25,600 nt of DNA from Armatimonadota bacterium (GCA_052386995.1 JBQTJP010000111.1:1-25600); one strand, 5' to 3'; shown: positions 9,409 to 19,145, counted from the first letter of the stretch. Notes: generated by a model not told the origin, from the sequence alone. Translations and numbers: made by a program.

Positions 9409-10679
9409 GGCAGGTAGGCTCGCTCACCAACCCGCTGCGCATTCCGGACCTCCGGCGTCGCCTGATTTTCACGGCGGTTATGCTGGCGCTGTACCGCCTG
9501 GGCGCGCACCTGCCCGTGCCTGGCGTCAACGCGGCGGCGATCGAGAATCTGTTCAAACAGCAGGGCAGCCTGTTCAGTTTCCTCGACCTGTTCGTCGGCG
9601 GTGCTCTGTCCAATTTCGCGATCTTCGCGCTCGGGGTGTTCCCCTACATCACCGCCTCGATCATCTTCAGCCTCCTTCAAGTGGTCTTTCCCAGGTTCAA
9701 GGAGCTGGCGACCGAAGAAGGCGAGGCCGGCCGAAGGCAGCTGGGCATGTACACCCGCTACCTGACCGTGGCTCTGGCGGTCCTCCAGGCCGTCGGCCAA
9801 GTCTACCTGATTCGCAGCCAGGGAGCCGTGCCCGACAGCCGGCCGCTCACCCTGGCCACGATCGTGCTCACGCTGACCGCCGGGACCATGCTGCTGACGT
9901 GGATGGGCGAGATCATGACCGAGCACGGCGTCGGCAATGGCGTGTCGCTGATCATCTTCGGTGGCATCGTCGCCCGGCTGCCAGCGCAGACCGCGCAGAC
10001 GTTCACCCTGGTGCGCGCCGGCGAGGTCGCCGTGTGGCAGTTCTTCCTCGATATCGTGATCATCCTCGTGAGCATTGTGGCCGTGGTCGTGCTCACGCAG
10101 GCGCTCCGCAAGATTCCCGTGCAGTACGCCAAGCGCGTGGTCGGCCGGCGCGTGTACGGCGGGCAGTCGACACATTTGCCGATGCGCCTGATCCAGGCCG
10201 GGGTCATCCCGATCATCTTCGCGGTGTCGGTGCTGCAGTTCCCGGGGACGATCGCACAGTTCTCGCGGTGGGAGTGGATGCAGCGGATCGGGCAGCAGGT
10301 CCTCCCCGGCCGCCCCCTGGGTGATCTGCTGTATTTCGTGCTGATCATAGTCTTTACGTACTTCTACACCGCGGTGTCGTTCGATCCGAACGACGTCTCG
10401 AACAACATCAAGAAGTACGGCGGCTTCATTCCCGGCATCCGTCCCGGCAGGCCGACCAGCGACTACCTGGCGCGCGTGACCGAGCGGCTGACGTTCGTGG
10501 GCGCGCTCGCGCTTGGCGCGATCGCCGTCGCCCCCGTCTACCTGGCACGCGGGACCGGCGTGCTGACTCTCTATCTCGCCGGCACGTCCCTGCTCATCGT
10601 CGTGGGCGTGGCCCTTGAGACAATGAAGCAGCTCGAGGCCTTTGTGCTCATGCGTCACTACGAGGGGTTCATGAAGTGA
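9405..10679 (+). CDS. secY: Preprotein translocase subunit SecY
   Basis: About 10 hydrophobic segments; [55 protein letters not shown]. Confidence 0.99.
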   Translation: MRQVGSLTNPLRIPDLRRRLIFTAVMLALYRLGAHLPVPGVNAAAIENLFKQQGSLFSFLDLFVGGALSNFAIFALGVFPYITASIIFSLLQVVFPRFKELATEEGEAGRRQLGMYTRYLTVALAVLQAVGQVYLIRSQGAVPDSRPLTLATIVLTLTAGTMLLTWMGEIMTEHGVGNGVSLIIFGGIVARLPAQTAQTFTLVRAGEVAVWQFFLDIVIILVSIVAVVVLTQALRKIPVQYAKRVVGRRVYGGQSTHLPMRLIQAGVIPIIFAVSVLQFPGTIAQFSRWEWMQRIGQQVLPGRPLGDLLYFVLIIVFTYFYTAVSFDPNDVSNNIKKYGGFIPGIRPGRPTSDYLARVTERLTFVGALALGAIAVAPVYLARGTGVLTLYLAGTSLLIVVGVALETMKQLEAFVLMRHYEGFMK

Positions 10680-10692
10680 TGCGGGGCTGCGG

Positions 10693-11364
10693 ATGAACCT
10701 CATCTTCCTCGGCCCCAACGGGGCGGGCAAGGGTACCCAGGCGCGCTTGCTCCAGGCGCGGCACGGCATCCCGCAGATTGCTACGGGCGATATGCTGCGC
10801 GCGGCGATTGCGAGCGGCTCGCCGCTGGGGCAGGAGGCCGATCGGTACGTGCGCGCGGGCGACCTGGTCCCCGACGCCGTCATGATCGGCATCGTCGCGC
10901 AGCGCCTTGCGTCGTCTGATGCGGAAGCCGGGTTCCTCCTCGATGGGTTCCCGCGCACGATCGCCCAGGCCGAGGCGCTGGACGCGGTGCTGGCAGGTAT
11001 GGGGCGGCGACTGGATCGCGTGATCTATTTCGATGTGGACGAGGCCACGCTGATCCGGCGCCTCTCCGGCCGGCTGCTGTGCCGGGCCCAGGGCCACATC
11101 TACAATGTGCACTCCAAGCCGCCAAAGACCCCGGGCGTGTGTGACATCGACGGCAGCCCGCTGTACAGCCGGGAGGACGACCAGCCCGAGACCGTGCGGC
11201 GGCGCCTGCGAGTGTATCATGAGCAGACCGAGCCGCTGCTGGCGTTCTATCGCGATCGCGGCCTGCTGGAGACCCTCAACGCCGGGGGCGACGTCGAGAC
11301 GATCTATCGGGCGCTGCTGGAGCTGCTGGGCCTCGCCGCGCCGGCGCCGGAGATCCGCCGATGA
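10693..11364 (+). CDS. adk: Adenylate kinase
   Basis: P-loop GPNGAGKGTQA, TGDMLR, GDLVPD, GFLLDGFPRT, long LID domain. Confidence 0.98.
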   Translation: MNLIFLGPNGAGKGTQARLLQARHGIPQIATGDMLRAAIASGSPLGQEADRYVRAGDLVPDAVMIGIVAQRLASSDAEAGFLLDGFPRTIAQAEALDAVLAGMGRRLDRVIYFDVDEATLIRRLSGRLLCRAQGHIYNVHSKPPKTPGVCDIDGSPLYSREDDQPETVRRRLRVYHEQTEPLLAFYRDRGLLETLNAGGDVETIYRALLELLGLAAPAPEIRR

Positions 11365-12155
11365 GGGGCGACGCCGTCATCATCAAGACGGGGAGCGATC
11401 TGGCGCGCATGCGGCGCGCCGGCCGCCTGGCGGCAGAGGCGATCCGCAACGTCGCCGCCGCCGTGGCGCCTGGGGTGTCGACCGCGGCGCTGGATCAGAT
11501 TGCCGATACGTTCATCCGTGCGCGCGGTGGGGTGCCCTCGTTCAAGCACTACCGCGGCTACCCCGCCAGCATCTGCACGTCGGTGAACGATGAGGTCGTA
11601 CACGGCATCCCGGGCGCGCGCGTGCTGGAGGCCGGCGAGATCGTGTCGATCGATCTGGGCGTGCTGCTCGACGGTTTTCATGCCGATGTGGCCGTGACGG
11701 TGCCGGTCGGCGAGGTTGGTCCTGACGTCCGGCGGCTGATCCAGGTCACCGAAGAGGCCCTGGCCCACGGGATCGCAGCGGCCCGGCCCAGTGCCCGGCT
11801 GGGCGATGTCGGGTGGGCCATCCAGTCGGTCATCGAGGCCGCGGGGTTCTCGGCGGTGCGTGAGTTTGCCGGCCATGGGATCGGCGAGGCCCTGCACGAG
11901 GATCCGCAGGTGCCCAACGTCGGCCGGCCGGGATCCGGACCGACGCTGCGGCCCGGCATGACCCTGGCCATCGAGCCCATGGTGAACATGGGGACCTCGG
12001 ACGTGTTCGTCGAGGGCGACGGCTGGACCGTGCGTACGCGCGACAGATCGCTGTCGGCCCACGCCGAGCACACCGTGGCAATCACCGATGCGGGTCCGGA
12101 GGTCCTGACTGGACTCAACGGGACCGGACCCCATATACTGAAGCATCGTGGATGA
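11361..12155 (+). CDS. map: Type I methionine aminopeptidase
   Basis: YPASICTSVNDEVVHGIP, DLG...D, GHGIG..LHEDP, IEPM, AHAEHT. Confidence 0.98.
   Translation: MRGDAVIIKTGSDLARMRRAGRLAAEAIRNVAAAVAPGVSTAALDQIADTFIRARGGVPSFKHYRGYPASICTSVNDEVVHGIPGARVLEAGEIVSIDLGVLLDGFHADVAVTVPVGEVGPDVRRLIQVTEEALAHGIAAARPSARLGDVGWAIQSVIEAAGFSAVREFAGHGIGEALHEDPQVPNVGRPGSGPTLRPGMTLAIEPMVNMGTSDVFVEGDGWTVRTRDRSLSAHAEHTVAITDAGPEVLTGLNGTGPHILKHRG
12110..12139 (+). promoter_or_regulatory. Possible internal sigma70-type promoter in the 3' end of map
   Basis: TGGACT (12110-12115), 18-bp spacer, TATACT (12134-12139), an AT-rich patch in GC-rich sequence 8 nt before GTG 12148. Confidence 0.35.
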
Positions 12156-12462
12156 CGCTGTGGACGCGGCGTCACATGGGCTGGTCGGGATGGTGGTGAG
12201 CTCGCGCGCCGGCCGGGATGCCGGCGACCGCTACGTGGTGATCGGCGCCGCCGGCGACGACACCGTGCTCGTGGCCGATGGACGTCGCCGGGGTACCGCC
12301 CGTCCCAAGCGCAAGAACGTCAAGCACCTGGACGTGCACGGTCCGGCCGGCCCGCTCGCCGCTCGCCTGCGCGACGGTGGGACGGTGACCGATGAGGAGC
12401 TGCGCGAGGCGCTGGCGGCCGGGGCGCGGGATGGGGCTGCGACGCCGCGGGAGAGCGTATGA
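12148..12462 (+). CDS. KOW-motif RNA-binding protein (L14e-like, typical between map and infA in Firmicutes)
   Basis: [18 protein letters not shown]...VLVADG..R....PKRKNVKHL; position between map and infA. Confidence 0.88.
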   Translation: MDDAVDAASHGLVGMVVSSRAGRDAGDRYVVIGAAGDDTVLVADGRRRGTARPKRKNVKHLDVHGPAGPLAARLRDGGTVTDEELREALAAGARDGAATPRESV

Positions 12463-12677
12463 CCAAGAAGGATGCGATCGAGGTCGAGGGGACGATCGCC
12501 GAGGTGCTTCCGAACGCGATGTTCAGGGTGACGCTGGCGAGTGGGCACAAGGTGCTCGCCCATATCTCGGGTAAGATGCGGATCCACTTCATCCGGATCC
12601 TTCCGGGCGACCGCGTGAAGGTGGAACTCTCGCCGTACGATCCGACACGCGGGCGGATCACGTACCGGTACCGGTAA
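12459..12677 (+). CDS. infA: Translation initiation factor IF-1
   Basis: [31 protein letters not shown]...[17 protein letters not shown]. Confidence 0.99.
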   Translation: MTKKDAIEVEGTIAEVLPNAMFRVTLASGHKVLAHISGKMRIHFIRILPGDRVKVELSPYDPTRGRITYRYR

Positions 12678-12700
12678 GACGGGCAGGAGGAGCGACGAGC

Positions 12701-12814
12701 ATGAAAGTGCGGGCCTCGGTCCGGAGAATGTGCGAGAAGTGCAAGATCGTCAAGCGCGGGCGGCGGGTGTTCATCATCTGCGAGAACCCGAAGCACAAGC
12801 AGAAACAGGGCTAG
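12701..12814 (+). CDS. rpmJ: 50S ribosomal protein L36 (Zn-binding type); too short for the ORF track
   Basis: Manual translation [45 protein letters not shown] upstream. Confidence 0.98.
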   Translation: MKVRASVRRMCEKCKIVKRGRRVFIICENPKHKQKQG

Positions 12815-12824
12815 GAGGCGGCCA

Positions 12825-13325
12825 ATGGCACGTATCGCTGGAGTCGATCTCCCGCGGGACAAGCGCGTCGAGGCGGCGCTGCCGTATATCTTTGGAATAG
12901 GAAACAGCCGGGCACGGGCGATCTGCCGCGCGACCGGCGTGAAACCCGAGACGCGCGTCCGGGCCCTGGCTGAGGACGAAGTGACGCGCCTGCGGGAGTA
13001 CATCGAGCGGAACTTCAAGGTCGAAGGCGACCTGCGCCGCGATGTCGCGATGGACATCCGGCGGCTCGTCGAGATCGGCGCGTACCGCGGGACCCGGCAC
13101 AAGAAGAGCCTGCCGGTCCGCGGCCAGCGTACACGCACCAACGCGCGCACGCGCAAGGGTCCCAAGAAGACCGTGGGCGTGCGCCGGCGCGCGGCCACCC
13201 CGGGCGGGCTAGCGGCAGCGGCCGCCGCACCGGCCACCGCGGCGGCAGCACCGAAGCCTGCGGGGACGGCACCGAAGCCCGCGGGGACGGCACCAAAGCC
13301 CGCGGGAACCGCGGCAGGAGGATAA
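12825..13325 (+). CDS. rpsM: 30S ribosomal protein S13 with long low-complexity C-terminal tail
   Basis: [10 protein letters not shown]...YIFGIG...VEGDLRR...YRGTRH...[17 protein letters not shown], then an Ala/Pro/Lys tail. Confidence 0.99.
   Translation: MARIAGVDLPRDKRVEAALPYIFGIGNSRARAICRATGVKPETRVRALAEDEVTRLREYIERNFKVEGDLRRDVAMDIRRLVEIGAYRGTRHKKSLPVRGQRTRTNARTRKGPKKTVGVRRRAATPGGLAAAAAAPATAAAAPKPAGTAPKPAGTAPKPAGTAAGG
13248..13310 (+). repeat. 3 x 21-bp in-frame tandem repeat encoding (APKPAGT)x3
   Basis: gcaccgaagcctgcggggacg / gcaccgaagcccgcggggacg / gcaccaaagcccgcgggaacc. Confidence 0.95.
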
Positions 13326-13328
13326 CAG

Positions 13329-13715
13329 ATGGCGGACCAGCCGAAGGCCCGCAAGCGCGAGCGCAAGAGCATACCGGTGGGCGTGGCGCATATCCGGTCG
13401 AGCTTCAACAACACGCTGGTGACGATCACCGATCCGCGCGGCAACGTCGTGGCCTGGGCCAGCGCGGGGACGTCGGGATTCAAGGGGTCGCGCAAGGGGA
13501 CACCCTTTGCCGCGAGCGTCGCGGCCGAGACCGCCGCGCGCAAGGCCATGGAGCACGGGCTGCGGCAGGTCGAGGTCTACGTACGCGGGCCAGGGGCGGG
13601 GCGCGAAGCCGCCATCCGCTCGCTGCAGGCCGCGGGCCTCGAGGTCAATTTGATCAAGGATGTCACACCGGTCCCGCACAATGGTTGCCGGCCGCCCAAG
13701 CGGCGGCGCGTGTAG
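13329..13715 (+). CDS. rpsK: 30S ribosomal protein S11
   Basis: [12 protein letters not shown]...[13 protein letters not shown]...[11 protein letters not shown]...[18 protein letters not shown]. Confidence 0.99.
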   Translation: MADQPKARKRERKSIPVGVAHIRSSFNNTLVTITDPRGNVVAWASAGTSGFKGSRKGTPFAASVAAETAARKAMEHGLRQVEVYVRGPGAGREAAIRSLQAAGLEVNLIKDVTPVPHNGCRPPKRRRV

Positions 13716-13745
13716 CGACGGGCGGAGGAGGACGAGGAGGCACGC

Positions 13746-14375
13746 ATGGGGCGGTACGCAGATTCGGTTTGTCGGCTCTGCCGGCGCGAGGGGATGAAGC
13801 TCTATCTCAAGGGGGAGAAGTGCTACACGGAAAAGTGTCCCGTGCACAAGCGGCCGGCGCCCCCCGGGATGCACGGCGTCTCGCGCCGGAAACTGAGCGA
13901 GTTCGGCGTGCGCCTCCGCGAGAAGCAGAAGCTGCGCCGCATCTACGGGCTTCATGAGACACAGTTCAAGACGTACTTCCAGCGCGCCGCCAAGGCGAAG
14001 GGCGTCACCGGGACGCGCTTGCTGCAGTTGCTGGAGACGCGATTGGATAACGTCGTCTACCGCCTGGGACTGGCCTCCTCCCGCAAGGAGGCGCGCCAGA
14101 TCGTGACGCACGGGCACGTTGCCATCGACGGGAAACGGGTCGCCATCCCGTCCTACCAGGTTCGGCCGGGGCAGACGATCACCCCGAGCGATCCGCAGCA
14201 CCTCCATCCCCGGGTGCAGGAGCTTGCCGCGACCGCGGCCGCCGGGCGGCGGCCCCCGTCGTGGATCGAATTCGACTCCGCGCGTCTCGAGGCGCGGATG
14301 CTGGCCCTGCCGGCGCGCCAGGAGATCGATGTGCCCGTGCAGGAGCAGCTGGTCGTGGAATACTACTCTCGCTGA
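13746..14375 (+). CDS. rpsD: 30S ribosomal protein S4 (four-Cys N-terminal metal site)
   Basis: CRLCRREG..LYLKGEKC...KC, PGMHG, LREKQK, LETRLDNVVYRLG, ARQIVTHGH, VVEYYSR. Confidence 0.99.
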   Translation: MGRYADSVCRLCRREGMKLYLKGEKCYTEKCPVHKRPAPPGMHGVSRRKLSEFGVRLREKQKLRRIYGLHETQFKTYFQRAAKAKGVTGTRLLQLLETRLDNVVYRLGLASSRKEARQIVTHGHVAIDGKRVAIPSYQVRPGQTITPSDPQHLHPRVQELAATAAAGRRPPSWIEFDSARLEARMLALPARQEIDVPVQEQLVVEYYSR

Positions 14376-14470
14376 TGACGCTTCGTGTGGGGCTGCGGCG
14401 TCGGTTGATGGCGCCGCGCGTGTCGCTGATGGCGGACGCGGTGTGAGGTCTTGAGGAGGCCGGAAGCGCG

Positions 14471-15436
14471 ATGAGCATTGGCACGATCTGGGCGGAGACC
14501 CCGACCCCGAAGGTCGAGTACGCTGAACTCTCGGACACGTACGGCAAATTCGTCATCGAGCCGCTTGACCGCGGCTTCGGCGTGACGCTGGGCAACGCGT
14601 TGCGCCGCATTCTGCTCGCGGCGATCTCGGGCGCGGCGGTGACGTCGGTGAAGATCGACGGCGTCCTGCACGAGTTCTCGACGATTCCCGGCGTGGTGGA
14701 GGACGTCACGCAGATCGTCCTCAACCTGAAGGAGCTGACGCTGCGGCTCTACACGGACAAGCCCAAGCTGCTGCGCCTCGACGTCAAAGGAAAGAAGGAC
14801 GTCACCGCGGCCGACGTGCAGGAAGACCCTGAAGTCGAGATTCTCAACCAGAATCTGCACCTGGCCACGCTCGACCGCAAGGACGCGCATCTCGCGATGG
14901 AGATCGTCGTCGAGCGAGGGAAGGGATACGTTCCGGCCGAGCGGCATCGCCGCAGCGAGCACGTCATCGGCGTCATCCCGGTGGACTCGATTTTCTCGCC
15001 CATCCAGAAGGTGAACTACGCGGTCGAGGACACTCGGGTCGGCCATGCGACCGACCTCGACCGGCTCGTGCTGGAGATCTGGACCGACGGTGCGATCCGT
15101 CCCGAGGAAGCGCTGCAGGAGGCATCCCGCATCCTGATCGATCATTTCCGGCTCTTCTCGGGTATCGCGGACGAGAGCGGCGCCGGAGCGGCGTTCGGCG
15201 TAACCGAGGACCCCGATCGCGCTCGGGCGATGACCATGCCCATCGAGGACCTCGACCTCTCGGTACGCCCCTACAACTGCCTGAAGCGGGCAGGGATCCA
15301 CACGGTCGGCGATCTCATCAAGAAGACCGAAGACGAAGTCGTCGCCGTCAAGAACTTCGGGCGCAAGTCGCTGGACGAGGTCAAGGAGAAACTTGCCGCG
15401 CACGGGCTGAGCCTGCGGCAGCCCGAGGCGTCCTGA
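14471..15436 (+). CDS. rpoA: DNA-directed RNA polymerase subunit alpha
   Basis: EPLDRGFGVTLGNALRRILL, HEFSTIPGVVED, GKGYV, LDLSVRPYNCLKRAGI, NFGRKSLDEV. Confidence 0.99.
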   Translation: MSIGTIWAETPTPKVEYAELSDTYGKFVIEPLDRGFGVTLGNALRRILLAAISGAAVTSVKIDGVLHEFSTIPGVVEDVTQIVLNLKELTLRLYTDKPKLLRLDVKGKKDVTAADVQEDPEVEILNQNLHLATLDRKDAHLAMEIVVERGKGYVPAERHRRSEHVIGVIPVDSIFSPIQKVNYAVEDTRVGHATDLDRLVLEIWTDGAIRPEEALQEASRILIDHFRLFSGIADESGAGAAFGVTEDPDRARAMTMPIEDLDLSVRPYNCLKRAGIHTVGDLIKKTEDEVVAVKNFGRKSLDEVKEKLAAHGLSLRQPEAS

Positions 15437-15446
15437 GGAGCGGACG

Positions 15447-15800
15447 ATGGGACTGGGGGCCAAACGCCGGAAGCTGGGACGGGATACCGGCGCCCGCCGG
15501 GCGCTCTTCAGAGATCTGGTCGGCGCGCTGATCATGCGGGAGCGCATCGAGACCACGGACGCGAAAGCGAAGGAAACGAAGAAGATCGCCGACGGGATCA
15601 TCTCTGCCGCGCTCGCCAACGATCTCCACGCCCGGCGCCAGGTGCGGCGATTCCTGACTGACGCGCGGGTGCTCAAGCGGCTGTTCACCGACGTGGTGCC
15701 ACGTTACGAAGCCGGCCGCGGCGGCTATACGCGCATCGTGAAAACCCGCACGCGCCGGGGTGACGGCGCGGAGATGGCGCTGGTCGAACTGGTCAAGTAA
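15447..15800 (+). CDS. rplQ: 50S ribosomal protein L17
   Basis: RKLGR....R.ALFR.L...LI..ERIETT.AKAKE...GGYTRIVK...RRGDGAEMALVELV. Confidence 0.98.
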   Translation: MGLGAKRRKLGRDTGARRALFRDLVGALIMRERIETTDAKAKETKKIADGIISAALANDLHARRQVRRFLTDARVLKRLFTDVVPRYEAGRGGYTRIVKTRTRRGDGAEMALVELVK

Positions 15801-15813
15801 GGCGGCCTCGCGC

Positions 15814-16674
15814 GTGCGCGAGCCCTTTCTCGAGGTCACCGACCTCCGGTTCGTCTACCATCACAACACTCCGCAGGCGGTCATTGCGCTCGACGGCCTG
15901 TCCCTAGTTATCGGTCGAGGCGAATACGTCGGCATCGCCGGCGGCAACGGCTCCGGCAAGTCGACCCTGGCACGGCATTTCAACGCGCTGCTCGCTCCCA
16001 CGGCGGGATCCGTGCGCGTGGGCGGCCTCGATACCTCAGATCGAGATGCCACCTGGGAGATCCGCCGGCGCGTCGGCATGGTCTTTCAGAACCCCGACAA
16101 CCAGATGGTCGCCACGGTGGTAGAGGAAGACGTCGCGTTTGGCCCAGAGAACCTCGGGGTTCCAGCGGCGGAGATCCGCCGGCGCGTGGACGCGGCGCTG
16201 GACGCCGTCGGTATGTCCGAGTACCGCCGCCACGCGCCGCACCTGCTGTCGGGCGGCCAGAAGCAGCGCGTGGCCATCGCGGGGATCCTGGCCATGCGGC
16301 CCGAATGCATCGTGCTCGACGAGGCCACGACGATGCTCGATCCTGAAGGCCGCGCCGACGTGCTGGGGACGGTGCGTGCGCTCAATCGCGACGGCATGAC
16401 GATCGTCCTCATCTCACACGCCATGGAAGAGTTCTCCGACGCGCACCGGATCATTGCGCTCGAGGCCGGCCGGATCATTCTTGATGCCCCCCCGGCCGAC
16501 GTGTTCGATCGACTGAGCGAAGCGCCCGTCGGGGGTTTAGAGGCGCCGCGCATGGCGCGCCTGGCCCACTGGCTGCGGCACGATGGCTTCCCGATCCCCA
16601 GCGGCGTCCACACGGCCGAAGCACTGGCCGACGCGGTGGCGCGCGCCGGTGGGATTCGCCGACCGCATGCCTGA
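15814..16674 (+). CDS. ecfA1: Energy-coupling factor transporter ATPase EcfA1
   Basis: Walker A GGNGSGKST, VFQNPDNQMV...VEEDVAFGPENLG, LSGGQKQR, LDEATTMLDP; likely GTG start at 15814. Confidence 0.93.
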   Translation: MREPFLEVTDLRFVYHHNTPQAVIALDGLSLVIGRGEYVGIAGGNGSGKSTLARHFNALLAPTAGSVRVGGLDTSDRDATWEIRRRVGMVFQNPDNQMVATVVEEDVAFGPENLGVPAAEIRRRVDAALDAVGMSEYRRHAPHLLSGGQKQRVAIAGILAMRPECIVLDEATTMLDPEGRADVLGTVRALNRDGMTIVLISHAMEEFSDAHRIIALEAGRIILDAPPADVFDRLSEAPVGGLEAPRMARLAHWLRHDGFPIPSGVHTAEALADAVARAGGIRRPHA

Positions 16675-17539
16675 CACAGCGATCGCCTGCCGGGACCTCG
16701 CGTACACCTACTTGCTGGGAACGCCGCTGGAGGCCGTCGCGCTGCGCGGCGTGACCCTGGAGGTGCGCATCGGCGAATGCGTGGCCATCATCGGGCCCAC
16801 CGGCTCGGGCAAATCGACACTGATTCAGCACTTCAACGGCCTGCTGCGGCCGACGCGCGGGACGGTGTGGGTGGGTGGTCAAGATCTGTGGGCTGCGGGT
16901 GCGGATCGGCGGCGCGCGCGGCAGCAGGTCGGGCTCGTCTTTCAGTTTCCCGAGTATCAGCTCTTCGAGGAGACGGTGCGTGCCGATGTGGCCTTCGGTC
17001 CGAAGAACCTGGGCCTGCCCGACGACGCCGTCGCGGCGCGCGTGGATGAGGCGCTGCGCGCGGTGGGCCTGGACCCGGCCCGGTTTGGCGACCGCTCGCC
17101 GTTTGGCCTCTCGGGCGGCGAGATGCGGCGGGTCGCCATGGCCGGGATCCTCGCCATGCGGCCGCATGTGCTGGTGCTCGACGAGCCGACCGCGGGGCTC
17201 GATCCCCGTGGCCGCGCCGAGCTGCTCGCGCGCGTCGAGGCGCTTCACGCCGCAAGTCAGACCATCGTGCTGGCGACCCACAATATGGACGAGGCCGCCG
17301 AACTCGCGGATCGGATCATCGTGCTGCACGATGGGCGGATCGTGCTGGAGGGCCCGCCGCGCGAGGTATTCGATCGCGTTGACGACCTGCACCGCATCGG
17401 ACTGGACATCCCGCGGGCGGCGCGCCTGGTTCGCGCGCTCAGGGCACGCGGGCTCGTGGTCCCCGACGCGCTGACGATCGAAGAGGCACGCGTGGCGATT
17501 GCGGCCGCGCTGCGGAAAATACGGCATGGAGCTCGCTAA
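16667..17539 (+). CDS. ecfA2: Energy-coupling factor transporter ATPase EcfA2
   Basis: GPTGSGKSTLIQHFNGLL, VFQFPEYQLFEETV, SPFGLSGGEMRRVA, LDEPTAGLDP; ATG at 16667. Confidence 0.94.
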   Translation: MPDTAIACRDLAYTYLLGTPLEAVALRGVTLEVRIGECVAIIGPTGSGKSTLIQHFNGLLRPTRGTVWVGGQDLWAAGADRRRARQQVGLVFQFPEYQLFEETVRADVAFGPKNLGLPDDAVAARVDEALRAVGLDPARFGDRSPFGLSGGEMRRVAMAGILAMRPHVLVLDEPTAGLDPRGRAELLARVEALHAASQTIVLATHNMDEAAELADRIIVLHDGRIVLEGPPREVFDRVDDLHRIGLDIPRAARLVRALRARGLVVPDALTIEEARVAIAAALRKIRHGAR

Positions 17540-18332
17540 GTACGTGCCCGTCGGGCAGTACCTGCCCGGGCCCTCGCCGGTCCATGGGCTCGATCCACGC
17601 ACGAAGATCCTGGCGACAGGCGTCCTGATGATCGTGCTGTTCATCGTTCCGTCATTTGCGGGGCTCGGCCTGTTCGCGGCCGCCGTCATCGGAACGCTCC
17701 TGTTGGCGCAGATCCCGCTTGGGTACGCGATAGGCAGCCTGCGGCCGGTGGTCGTCCTGCTCTTGTTGACGGTCTTCCTCAACCTGTTCTTCGCCGCGGG
17801 CGACCCCACGCCGGTCTTGTTCCGCCTCGGCCCGCTCGTCGCCACGGTTGGCGGCCTGAGGAACGGGGCGTTCGTCGGCGGGCGCCTGCTCCTGCTCGTG
17901 GCCGTGACGTCGCTACTGACGTTCACGACCTCGCCGGTGGAGCTGACGCATGGGCTCGAGGTGCTCCTGCGCCCATTCCGCCGGGTGGGCATCCCCGGAC
18001 ATGAGCTGGCGATGATGATGAGCATCGCGCTCCGCTTCATCCCGACGCTGTTCGAAGAGACCGAGCGCATCGCCAAGGCCCAGATGGCGCGCGGTGCGGC
18101 GTTTGGAGAAGGGCACGTCCTGCGGCGGGCCAGGGCATTTATCCCCGTGCTCGTCCCCCTGATTCTGAGCGCCTTCCGGCGCTCGGAAGAGCTGGCGCTC
18201 GCGATGGAGGCCCGCTGCTACAGCGGCGGCGCGCACCGGACGCGCATGCGGGAGCTGCGCCTCCGGCTGGCCGACGCGGTTGCGGCGGTTGCCGTTCTTG
18301 CGGCGTCGTTCCTGTTCGTGCTCGTCCGCTAG
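17526..18332 (+). CDS. ecfT: ECF transporter transmembrane component EcfT
   Basis: GQYLPG.SPVHGLDPRTK, TTSP, SIALRFIPTL.EE..RI.KAQ.ARG, LALAMEARCY. Confidence 0.95.
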   Translation: MELAKYVPVGQYLPGPSPVHGLDPRTKILATGVLMIVLFIVPSFAGLGLFAAAVIGTLLLAQIPLGYAIGSLRPVVVLLLLTVFLNLFFAAGDPTPVLFRLGPLVATVGGLRNGAFVGGRLLLLVAVTSLLTFTTSPVELTHGLEVLLRPFRRVGIPGHELAMMMSIALRFIPTLFEETERIAKAQMARGAAFGEGHVLRRARAFIPVLVPLILSAFRRSEELALAMEARCYSGGAHRTRMRELRLRLADAVAAVAVLAASFLFVLVR

Positions 18333-18334
18333 GC

Positions 18335-19096
18335 GTGCCCACGCTGCGCCTGCTCATCGAGTACGACGGGACGCGCTACGCGGGCTGGCAGCGTCAGCCC
18401 GCCGCGCCCACGATTCAGGCCGCCCTCGAGGACGCAGCGGCGTCGCTCTTTGGGGCGCCGTGCCGAGTTATCGGCGCCGGCCGGACCGATGCCGGCGTGC
18501 ACGCGCTGGGCCAGGTCGCGCACACGAGTGTGCCTACGCGGCTGACACCCGACCGTATCCGCGACGCGCTCACCGCGCTGCTGCCCGACGATATCGTCGT
18601 GCGTGACGTGACGATTGCCGCCCCCGACTTTCACGCGCGCCGCGACGCGCTGCTCAGGATCTACCGGTATGCCGTGCTGATGCGCGCCCGGCCGTCGGCG
18701 TTGCTGCGCGGGTATGCTCACCACGTGCCGGGCACGCTCGATCTGGAGGCGATGGCGGCCGGTGCCGCACACCTCACCGGGCGCCACGACTTCGCCGCGT
18801 TCCGTGTGAGCGGGACCGCGGTTGGCTTGACCACGTGTGCGGTGCAGGCGCTGCGCATCGAGCGACGTGACGACCTCCTGGTCTTCACGATCGCCGCAGA
18901 CCGGTTTCTCCGGCAGATGGTGCGCCGGATCGTCGGTACGCTGTTGCGGGTCGGCGGAGGGCGTCTGGCGCCGGAGGCCGTCGCCACCATCCTGAGATCG
19001 GGAGATCCCCAGCAGGCAGGGCCGTCGGCCCCGGCCCACGGTCTGTACCTGGTACGAGTCGTCTACGAGGGTGATGGCGGCCCGATCGGGTCTTGA
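18335..19096 (+). CDS. truA: tRNA pseudouridine(38-40) synthase TruA
   Basis: EYDGT.YAGWQRQ, GAGRTDAGVHALGQVAH, FHAR, HDFAAF, FLRQMVRRIVG, APAHGLYL. Confidence 0.98.
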   Translation: MPTLRLLIEYDGTRYAGWQRQPAAPTIQAALEDAAASLFGAPCRVIGAGRTDAGVHALGQVAHTSVPTRLTPDRIRDALTALLPDDIVVRDVTIAAPDFHARRDALLRIYRYAVLMRARPSALLRGYAHHVPGTLDLEAMAAGAAHLTGRHDFAAFRVSGTAVGLTTCAVQALRIERRDDLLVFTIAADRFLRQMVRRIVGTLLRVGGGRLAPEAVATILRSGDPQQAGPSAPAHGLYLVRVVYEGDGGPIGS

Positions 19097-19128
19097 TGGC
19101 GGCCCCCGGACCGCCCCGCGCGTTTCGA

Positions 19129-19137
19129 TGCTATAAT
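19129..19137 (+). promoter_or_regulatory. Extended -10 promoter (TGnTATAAT) for the tRNA-ireB-murA unit
   Basis: Perfect TG-c-TATAAT ending 8 nt before the tRNA 5' end; no convincing -35. Confidence 0.8.
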
Positions 19138-19145
19138 CGTCGCGC

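Noticed and set aside
15814..18332. ECF module without an S component as an anomaly
   Set aside because: Normal for group II shared ECF modules located after rplQ.
19098..19126. Hairpin GGCGG/CCGCC after truA as an intrinsic terminator
   Set aside because: Short stem with no adjacent U-tract; insufficient support.
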